From Octopus sinensis (Eukaryota): a stretch of 64,000 nucleotides of DNA. The first letter of the stretch is position 1. Every line of letters starts with the position of its first letter. The notes under the pieces were generated by a model that saw only the letters and a list, made by a program, of their open reading frames with translations, had not been told where the DNA came from and did no database searches. The position numbers were made by a program, and so were the translations under genes. Positions 14,111-24,049 of the stretch are shown piece by piece. The DNA is taken from positions 22,754,001 to 22,818,000 of the forward strand of contig NC_043007.1 of the NCBI RefSeq assembly GCF_006345805.1. Reading direction: 5' to 3'.

Positions 14111-14376
14111 TTTGTGAGTTGAGTTGGTTGAATTGCTGAAATGTCAGAAAAACCCAAAAAAAACTCCTTGCCCTATTTATTCTGGTTCTTCATGTTACAA
14201 GTCCAAATCCTGCTGAGGTCAACTTTGCCTTTCATCCCTCCAAGGGTGGATAATTTAGGGTACTGATGAAGCACCTTATTTTTTATCAGTGTAATTAACA
14301 ACCCCAGCCCCAAATTTCAGGTCACGAGTCAAAATTTGAAACCATTGTTATTATTATTATTTTAATGTAAGGCATG

Positions 14377-14751
14377 CTCTTTTACTTGTTTCAGTCATTT
14401 GACTGCGGCCATGCTGGAGCAACTCAACCCCGGGACTTATTCTTTGTAAGCCCAGTACTTATTCTATCAGTCTCTTTTGCTGAACCGCTAAGTGACGGGG
14501 ATGTAAACACACCAGCATCGGTTGTCAAGTAATGCTAGGGGGACAAACACAGACACACAAACACACATATATATATATACATATATACGACGGGCTTCTT
14601 TCAGTTTCTCTCTACCAAATCCACTCACAAGGCTTTGGTCGGCCTGAGGCTATAGCAGAAGACACTTGCCCAAGGTGCCACACAGTGGGACTGAACCCGA
14701 AACCATGTGGTTGGTAAGCAAGCTACTTACCACACAGCCACTCCTGCGCCT
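14377..14751 (-). mobile_element. SINE family A
   Basis: Reverse complement of head, core and tail. Confidence 0.85.
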
Positions 14752-15671
14752 ATACTAGCCATCTCAATATGGCTAACCCCTAAGGGTGAATGTTACTGTA
14801 CCTTGTAGCCCCAGGAGAACATCGTCTCCAGCTGGCTTTAGGCACACTTTCTGTGCCCTTATGGTATTTGCAAAGGGAGCTAATCCCTCCCTCGTCAACC
14901 TAAGTGACACGCACGGACTGCAGTTTCTAGGTATTTGTCTGTCTTCAGCGTACGGTAGTTACCGGTTTTCGATGAAGGGAGTCCCAATGCAAATCCTTAT
15001 AAATCGTTTTTCCAGTAACTTTTCGTCACTGATCTCGAAAAACTGTATGCAAGAGATTTATTATTGCTTATTATTATTTTACTTTTTTATTTATGCGCCC
15101 TTCTCAAGCCTAGCCAGGCTCATGGGCCCGGTTTCCCGGTTTCTGTGGCGTATGTGTTCCCCTCCCAGCTGGACAGGACACCAGTCCATCGCAGCATTAC
15201 TCAAGAAACACAAAGAAAGAGTGAGAGAACCCTGCTGTACTCTTTCACCACAACTTTCTCTCACTCTTTCTTCCTACTTCTGCCACAAAGCAGAGGAACC
15301 ATGGTGAAACCGACTACGGTGTGGTAAACTTTCAGACCCTGATCTAGATTGCGAATCCTCAGTACCCCAGGACAGTTCAGCTTTCCACCTGTTAAAAGCC
15401 ACCGTTTACGTAATGAGGATTACAACGTAGCTTTCACGCCCGTGCAACCACCAGTCTATCGCGTGTGGTGGGTGGATCTTCAAGTTGCCACTCGCATTCT
15501 TAGTAGCTTAGGGTAGGCTCGAATTAGAGATTATTCTTTGTGGCTAAAGGTGTGAGTCCTGATTGGAAGAAGAAAAGAAGAAGAAGAAGAAGAGGAAGAA
15601 GGAGGAGGAGGAGGAGGAGGGGGGAAGGAGGGGAAGGAGAAGAAGAAGGAGGGGAAGGAGAAGAAGAAGGA

Positions 15672-15702
<31 letters not shown>

Positions 15703-15922
15703 GAGGAGGAGGAGGAGGAGGAGGGGAAGGAGAAGAAGAAGGAGGGGAAGGAGAAGAAGGAGAAGAAGAAGAAGAAGAAGAAGAAGAAGAAGAGGAGGAG
15801 GAGGAGGAGGAGGGGAAGGAGAAGAAGGAGAAGAAGAAGAAGAGGAAGAAGGAGAAGGAGGAGGAGGAGGAGAAGAAGAAGAAGGAGAAGAAGAAGAAGA
15901 AGAAGAAGAAGAAGAAGAAGAA

Positions 15923-17650
15923 GACAACAACAATCATTCCACCATGACCATTCCATGTTACTTTAAATTATACTTCCAGCCGCAACTGTATCATACAATG
16001 TGTCCTTCTATTTCAAAGTAGTAGGTAGGGCTTTGATTTCAGGGGGGGATTTGGCTTCTATTTAACAGGTCAGGGGACTACTATTTAGAAGCTGTATCAC
16101 TGGCTCGGCATTACGTTCAACATAGAGCAAAAGCAACTAAGAAACGAACTGGAATCTTGTTACACGAAAAATATGCAGATATCTGCTTACATCTGTGGGA
16201 ATGTATGAGGAAACAGCCAGAGTGTAGTGTATAAATGATACCCAATGTATGTATACAAGGTCTTATATAGTTACGAAAGGCTGTTAATTGGCATTCATTA
16301 GGGTATTTGAGAGAATGTTTTGTGACATTTGAGCTGGCTCCCTGTATTTTGAGTTCAAATCCTGTGGAAGTCAACTTTGCCTTTCGTTTTGTTGTGGTGG
16401 GGTCGGTAAATAAAATACCAGAAGAAGAAGGAGAAGAAGAAGAAGGAGAAGAAGAAGAAGGAGGAGGAGGAGGAGGAGAAGAAGGAGACGAAGACGAAGA
16501 AGAAGAAGGAGAAGAAGAAGAAGACAAAGAAGAAGAAGGAGAAAAAGGAGACGAAGAAGAAAAAGGAGGAGGAGGAGGAGGAGGAGGAGAAGAAGAAGGA
16601 GAAGAAGGAGAAGGAAGAAGAAGAAGAAGAAGAAGAAGAGGAGGAGGAAGAAGAAGAAGAAGAAGGAGAAGAAGAAGAAGAAGAAGAAGAAGAAGAAGAG
16701 AAGAAGAAGAAGAAGAAGAAGAAGAAGAAGAAGAAGAAGAAGAAGAAGAAGAAGAAGACAACAACAATCATTCCAGCCATGACCATTCCATGTTACTTTA
16801 AATTATACTTCAGCCGCAACTGTATCATACAATGTGTCCTTCTATTTCAAAGGTAGTAGGTAGGGCTTTGATTTCAGGGGGGGATTTGGCTTCTATTTCT
16901 AACAGGTCAGGGGACTACTATTTAGAAGCTGTATCACTGGCTCGGCATTACGTTCAACATAGAGCAAAAGCAACTAAGAACGAACTTGAATCTTGTACAA
17001 AAAAAGCAACAATATACAACACGAACTGCTTACACGAAAACGTATGCAGATTGCTTACATCTGTGGGAATGTATGAGGAAACAGCCAGAGTGTAGTGTAT
17101 AAATGATACCCAATGTATGTATACAAGGTCTTATATAGTTACGAAAGGCTGTTAATTGGCATTCATTAGGGTATTGAGAGAATGTTTTGTGACATTTGAG
17201 CTGGCTCCCTGTATTTTGAGTTCAAATCCTGTGGAAGTCAACTTTGCCTTTCGTTTTGTTGTGGTGGGGTCGGTAAATAAAATACCAGAAGAAGAAGGAG
17301 AAGAAGAGAAGGAGAAGAAGAAGAAGGAGGAGGAGGAGGAGGAGAAGAAGGAGACGAAGACGAAGAAGAAGAAGGAGAAGAAGAAGAAGACAAAGAAGAA
17401 GAAGGAGAAAAAGGAGACGAAGAAGAAAAAGGAGGAGGAGGAGGAGGAGGAGGAGAAGAAGAAGGAGAAGAAGGAGAAGGAAGAAGAAGAAGAAGAGGAG
17501 GAAGAAGAAGGAAGAAGAAGAAGAAGAAGAAGAAGAAGAAGAAGAAGAAGAAGAAGAAGAAGAAGACGAAGAAGAAGAAGAAGAAGAAGAAGAAGAAGAA
17601 GGAGAAGGAGAAGAAGAAGAAGAAGAAGGAGAAGGAGAAGAAGAAGAAGG
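15923..17650 (+). repeat. Tandem duplication of an about 830-890-bp unit bounded by (GAA/GGA)n tracts
   Basis: Unit starts at 15923 and 16757; even interruptions in the GAA block are shared; copy 1 lacks about 35 bp and has several 1-bp indels. Confidence 0.9.
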
Positions 17651-18229
17651 ACTAAATGCTTAGCAGCATTTCATCTGTCTCTATGTTCTGTGTTCAAATT
17701 CTGCCAGGGTCAGCTTTGCCTTTCATCCCTTTGAGAGTCAATAAAATAAGTAACGGTCGAATGCTGGGGTTGATGTAATTGACCAAACCCTCACCTCTGA
17801 AATTGCTGGCCTTGTGCCAAAATTTGAAGCTAATACTCTCTCTTTTTACTCTTTTACTTGTTTCAGTCATTTGACTGTGGCCATACTGGAGCACCGCCTT
17901 TCAGTCGAGCCAATCGATGCTGGTGTGTTTATGCCTCTGTAACTTAGCAGCCCGGCAAAAGAGACCGATTGAATAAGTACTAAGCTTACAAAGAATATGT
18001 TCTGGGGTCAATTTGTTCGACCAAAGGTGGTGCTCCAGCATGGCCGCAGTCAAATGACTGTAACAAGTAAAAGACCAAAGAGTGACTATTTTGTGCATTG
18101 GAGAAGTAAAACCAATTTTATTGCACGTGAAATCTTATATGGGCCTCTCAAGGGCCATATGGAACCTCGTTGAGAGCCCCTAATATAGAAGTTCCCTTGT
18201 TGGGTTCCAAATAGTGGAGCATATGTTAG

Positions 18230-18596
18230 TGGTAAATGATGATGGCGATGATGATGATGACGGTAGCAATTATAAGTGTTGATTGTAGGTGATTGGTGGT
18301 GGTTGTGATGGTGGTGGTGGTTGCAGTGGTGGTGGTGGTGGTGGTGGCAAGTGATTGGTGGTGGCAATCACCTAGGTGATTGGTGGTGGCAGTGGTGGTG
18401 GTGGTGGTACTTTTGTTGGCTACAGATTACAGCAGTGATGATGATGATGATGGTGATGATGAAGATGGTGGTGGTGGTGATGATGATGATGATGATGATG
18501 ATAATGATGATGATGATTATGATGATGATGATGGTGGCTGGTTTGGTGGTAGTGGTAGTGGTGCTGGTGGTGCTGGAGCTGATGATGATGATGTTA

Positions 18597-18657
<61 letters not shown>

Positions 18658-18829
18658 CGACGATGACGTTGATGATGATGACAATGACAACAACGACGAC
18701 AACGACGATGATGAGGGTGGGGATGGGAATGATGAAGACGAGAGTGCAGATGAGCTTGATAGCAATTACAGTTAGGTAACCTGTACTAATTCTATAGGAT
18801 TCCCTTGGTAGAAATTACCTGGAGCAATC

Positions 18830-18871
<42 letters not shown>

Positions 18872-19123
18872 ATCGGCTTACATCTTCACTCCTGCCTTCT
18901 TTGCCTCCTTTTCTTCTTCCTCCTCTTATTATTTCCCTTCACCATGAACACCACCACCACCACCACCACTACCACTACCACCACCAAAAGCACCACCACC
19001 ACCACCATCATTAAGATCATCATCATCATCATCGTCAGCAGCAGCAGCAGCAGCAGTAGTAGTAGCAGCAGCAGTAGCAGCAGCACCACCACCACTGCCA
19101 CCAACCCCACCACTATTATCAAG

Positions 19124-19157
<34 letters not shown>

Positions 19158-19272
19158 CCAGTAGCAGCACCACCACCACTACCACCACTGCTGCTGCCAC
19201 TACCACTACCAGCACCATCAACACCACCACCACCATCATCAAGATCATCATCATCATCATCATCATCATCCC
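18230..19272 (+). repeat. GAT/GGT then CAT/CAC trinucleotide arrays
   Basis: Direct reading. Confidence 0.9.
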
Positions 19273-19428
19273 AGTTACAGCTCCCTGTTGCCATCAAAGA
19301 TACAGATTCTCAATAGCCCAATCTTTCAAGCTGTAATCTCAAATACCACAGGGAGTACAGGTTGCAGCTATAAATAGACTAAGTTTTTTTTTATTTTTTG
19401 TTTTTTTTTCTTTGGATTTGACTGGCAG

Positions 19429-19542
19429 GTGAATGACTGTACTTTGCTGAGGAGGTTTATTAAGACTGAAACATATCAGATTATATTTCCCCTCATTCAA
19501 ATGCCTATTCCTAATTTAAATCAATTGGAACTCTTGTGCAGG
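19429..19542 (+). CDS. Candidate internal exon of an unidentified spliced gene (VNDCTLLRRFIKTETYQIIFPLIQMPIPNLNQLELLCR)
   Basis: Long T-rich tract then GGCAG acceptor; 114 nt open, phase 0-0; donor AGG|GTAATT. Confidence 0.4.
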
Positions 19543-19724
19543 GTAATTCTATATTTAAGAGCTGAGGAATTATTTACATTATTTACATTATTTACATTTG
19601 ACGGATATTTGTCCTCATCTTGTTTCTTGTTAGCACAACGTTTCGGTTGATATACCCTCCAGCCTTCATCAAGTCTCTTGGGGAAATTTCGAACCTGAGT
19701 TCTCATTCCTAAGGTATATTTTGA

Positions 19725-19760
<36 letters not shown>

Positions 19761-19762
<2 letters not shown>

Positions 19763-20225
19763 TATGTTTGACTTTTGTTTTACATTTGCACAAGCTGGCT
19801 CCAAGTCTCACCCAGAGACCTCAAGAGACAACAAGTTGGAAGTTCATGTTGGTGTTATGCCTAGGGTGCCATATATTTGGTTTTGTACTTAGTGTTGTAC
19901 TAGTGAATGCCTAAAGAACCATACGAAAATTATGTTTGTTTTAAAACTTGAGATTACGTAGAAAGTATTTTGCGTATTATTATTATTATTATTTTATTAT
20001 TATTATTATTATTCTATGTTTGACTTTTGTTTTACATTTGCACAAGCTGGCTCCAAGTCTCACCCAGAGACCTCAAGAGACAACAAGTTGGAAGTTCATG
20101 TTGGTGTTATGCCTAGGGTGCCATATATTTGGTTTTGTACTTAGTGTTGTACTAGTGAATGCCTAAAGAACCATACGAAAATTATGTTTGTTTTAAAACT
20201 TGAGATTACGTAGAAAGTATTTTGC

Positions 20226-20227
<2 letters not shown>
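19761..20227 (-). mobile_element. Two identical about 215-bp 3'-end fragments of a non-LTR retrotransposon in (TAA)n, 252-bp period (probable R4/Dong clade)
   Basis: 19761-19975 equals 20013-20227; minus strand begins (I)RKILST-stop then a putative 3' UTR ending in TAA repeats; clade assignment is inference. Confidence 0.5.
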
Positions 20228-20270
<43 letters not shown>

Positions 20271-20439
20271 TCACTGCCTGGAATTGAACTTGGGATCTTG
20301 GGGTTAATACCCCACTCTCTTAACCACTATGGGCATATGGTGTAGTGGTTAAGAGTGCTGGGTACTAACCCCCAGATTCTGAGTTCGATTCCAGGCAGTG
20401 AGCTGAATAATAATAATAATGATAATAATAATAATAATA

Positions 20440-20670
20440 TATTTCTTTATTACCCACAAAGGGCTAAACACAGAGGGGACATACAAGGACAGGCAAAGGG
20501 ATTAAGTCGATTACATCGACCCCAGTGCGAAACTGGTACTTTATTTATCGACCCCGAAAGGATGAAAGGCAAAGTCGACCTCGGTGGAATTTGAACTCAG
20601 AACGTAACCGCAGACGAAATACCTCTAAGCATTTCGCCCGGCGTGCTAACGATTCTGCCAGCTCGCCACC
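20440..20670 (-). mobile_element. SINE family B monomer (another copy at 10093-10297)
   Basis: Reverse complement of GGCGAGCTGGCAGAA...GTAATAAAGAAATA. Confidence 0.8.
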
Positions 20671-21432
20671 TTGATGATAATAATAATAATATTAGTCATG
20701 TCCTCTGTAGTCTTGATCTTCCTACAAAATGTTCGTAACCCTTTTCTTTTTTGTGCAATTCTTTGTATTGATCAAATAGGTTGACATTTTCCAAGCTTCG
20801 CTGACGAAGTCCAATAAGATCGAAAAATGTCTGTTACTGTAACCATCCTTGCTAGCAAGGATCAAATTTTTCCTTAAGCATAGAAATTAGATATTAAAAA
20901 TTAATTTGGAATTTCTTGAAATTCACTCTTCCCTATTTTGCGAGTCTCTAATGAATGCCATTAGGTTTTTAGTTTCTTTCTCCAATGAAAAGAAAAGCTT
21001 CAGTTCATTAAAAATTTTCTGAGTAAACCATTTTAGATAATACAAGCAAATGTTTATCTCTTCCATGTCATGAGCTTACTTGAGTTATTTCCTTTACTTC
21101 TATCTATCTATCTATCTATCATTATTATTATTATTGGTACATAGGGTCAATCCTAGCTGTTTCCTTTTGGAGCACATCTACTTATTCCATTATAATAACC
21201 CCACCTCCTCTCTCTCTATCTATCTATATATAATATATTATATATATATAATATATATATATATACAAATTGAGATAGGGGTTGTAAATGAACCCTCCAT
21301 GGGATAACATATATCCTATATACTGCTAGTGAAGTACCCAACAAAGTTAATACATAAATGTTAAGGATGCGATGCAATCAATTCATTTACTGTATATATG
21401 GGCAAAGGTAAAATGATTACCACAAATTACTA

Positions 21433-21611
21433 ATACAAGATAAGAAAATGGAGAAATACATCTAAATCAAATATCAATTACCAGATAATACTCAATCACA
21501 TACTTTATTAAACCACCACATAAGAGACTGTAGGGTTAAAGTATGTGATTGAGTATTATCTGGTAATTGATATTTGATTTAGATGTATTTCTCCATTTTC
21601 TTATCTTGTAT
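21433..21611. repeat. Perfect inverted repeat, 75-bp arms (21433-21507 / 21537-21611), 29-bp spacer
   Basis: ATACAAGATAAGAAAATGG...CATACTTTA and its exact reverse complement; right arm abuts (TA)n. Confidence 0.95.
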
Positions 21612-21631
21612 ATATATATATATATAGACTT

Positions 21632-22793
21632 ATGGTGAAGCTTTCTGCGTTGGGTGTAAGAGACGAACTCTATAACTGGTTAAAGTCCTTTATTTTCGGC
21701 CGAAAAGAGGTTGTCACAGTTCTAGGACAGCACTCTTCGCCCTATGAGATGACATCTGGTGTGCCGCAGGGATCTGTTCTTGGCCCCCTTTTATTTGTTG
21801 CATATGTTAATGACATAGATGCCAACTTAAAGAATGCCACAGTGCTGAAATATGCAGATGACATCAAGTGTACCTCGAAATAAAGAGGTCAAATCCTATA
21901 CACTATGGATCTCTATTGCAAGCAAACCTGGACACAATGCAGCAGTGGATCATGGACTGGCAACTCAAGCTGGCTGGGGACAAATGTACACCATGCATTT
22001 TGGGGAGGAGAAACCCAGCGTCCACCTACTCCCTCCACAACACTAGTCTCAAAAAGTCTTCTAGTGAACGTGACTGGGTGTTATTGTCGACAGTGATTTG
22101 CGTTGGGACAAAACACATCGCCAAAAAATGTCAAGAAGGCGAGGGTGTCTTGGCATCACTCACCAAATCCTTTGTGAGCCGCTCTCCGGCTATCTATCTG
22201 TGGCTTTATATAGCTATGGTAAGACCTCACCTGGAATTTGCATCACCGGTCTGGAACCCTATCTTGCCCAGGACATCAATCATCTGGAAGCTGTTCAGCG
22301 ACGTGCAACCAAAAGAATACCCTCCATCAGGCATTTGCCATATCCTTGAACGCCTTACTTCCCTGGGCATGGACACATTGAAACTCCGATGTCTGGCAGC
22401 TGACCTGGCAGAACCCATAAAATTATCAACCATCGCACAAACAATAACACTGAGCACCTCTTCAAACTCCACCCATCTAACACCCGTGGACATATTTACA
22501 AAGTAAGAAAAAACAGCACAGCTCCCATGACTTCAGGAAACATTTTTTCACGCTGAGAGTTGCTGAAGCGTGGAACAAACTGCCGGCATCGGTTGTTAGT
22601 TGTCGGAGCACTGCATCCTTCAAGACTTCCATGCTTCCTGAGATTGCCAACACTACACTTGATTTTCTCCCCTCCATACAACCCAAGCATGTTCACTTTC
22701 AGACACTTTCTACATTACTGCATGTACTTTATATGTACTTTATATGCACTTTCTGACAAGTTGTGGTGCACCTGAGCACTGTATACAATAATT

Positions 22794-22818
<25 letters not shown>
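21632..22818 (+). mobile_element. 5'-truncated CR1/L2-group LINE, frameshifted reverse transcriptase plus 3' UTR and (ATT)n tail
   Basis: LYNWLKSF..R..V....S....TSGVPQGSVLGPLLF..YVND...KYADD motif; downstream frames give YIAMVRPHLEFASPVWNP and VQRRATKRIP; ATT tail at 22796-22818. Confidence 0.9.
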
Positions 22819-22824
<6 letters not shown>

Positions 22825-22904
22825 TATATATATATTTCTTCTACTTGTTTCAGTCATTTGACTGCGGCCATGCTAGATCACTGCCTTGAAAAAGTAAAGT
22901 ATAT

Positions 22905-23316
22905 AGGTGCAGGAGGGCTGTGTGGTAAGTAGCTTGCTTACCAACCACATGGTTCCGGGTTCATTCCCACTGCATGGCACCTTGGGCAAGTGTCTTCTAC
23001 TATAGCCTCGGGCCGACCAAAGCCTTGTGAGTGGATTTGGTAGACGGAAACTGAAAGAAGCCCGTCGTATATATATATATATATATATATATAATGCGTG
23101 TTTGTGTTTGTGTGTCTGTGTTTGTCCCCCTAGCTTTGCTTGACAACCGATGCTGGTGTGTTTACGTCCCCGTCACTTAGCGGTTCAGCAAAACAGACTG
23201 ATAGAATAAGTACTAGGCTTACAAAGAATAAGTCCTGGGGTCGATTTACTCGACTAGAAGGCGGCGCTCCAGCATGGCCGCAGTCAAATGACTGAAACAC
23301 GTAAAAGGGTAAAAGA
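22905..23316 (+). mobile_element. SINE family A, preceded by an inverted tail fragment (22840-22888)
   Basis: Head to tail match. Confidence 0.85.
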
Positions 23317-23373
23317 GCTAGTGTAGGGTTCGAACCCACGACATTCGCTCTAACCAACAAAAGCTAACCGGCC
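23317..23373 (-). pseudogene. tRNA-Ile-like relic lacking the anticodon arm
   Basis: Minus strand GGCCGGTTAGCTTTTGTTGGTTAGAGCG-AAT-GTCGTGGGTTCGAACCCTACACTAGCT. The 5' half resembles eukaryotic tRNA-Ile(AAT) (GGCCGGTTAGCTCAGTTGGTTAGAGCG); B box intact; anticodon stem-loop replaced by 3 nt. Confidence 0.65.
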
Positions 23374-23677
23374 ATATATATACGTTCTAGTTTAGTATCT
23401 TCAAACTCTAGTTACCAGTAAGACTAACAACCAATATTTAAAAAAATTTCCAATTCTTTTTTTTTTTCTGCTTCCGGCCAAACTGGCGTGGCTTAAGGGA
23501 AGCAACTCTGTACAGCCAACACTTTTATATATTTATTACATCAAATAACTGTTTCCTCATATTTTCTATTGATTTATATCGAGATGAAAGTAATTTAGAC
23601 GGAGGAAAATTAATGAAATGTTATAGCAGTATTTTTCACTGACATTGATACATCTAGTATAGCTGATGTCTATGAAT

Positions 23678-23721
<44 letters not shown>

Positions 23722-24049
23722 AATTATTGTGGATTACTCCTGTGAATCTAACAATCATATATAATTCCTAGGTTATGATGCTGGTATCATAGATGTTGAA
23801 TCCAGATCAAAGAAAATAACAGTTATCTTACTAATTAAAAGAATTTCAAATCGGTGTCTGATTGTGTCCCTTGGGGAATCGCTCTTTGTTGAGTGGAGAC
23901 ACGTTCAAACACGACCGTTTCTACAAACAACATCGAACGAAATGGCGTTACTTCGGGATTATACATTGGATCCGATCCTGGTAAATCGGTAAATCTACGA
24001 TGGATTACATTGTGACAGTGTTTTAGTCGTTTCCACACCTAAACCGAAA

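Noticed and set aside
15524-17734. Poly-E/K/R/S ORFs
   Set aside because: GAA/GGA microsatellites
20700-21060. Minus-strand coding-like stretches (possible decayed transposase)
   Set aside because: Multiple stops and no diagnostic motif
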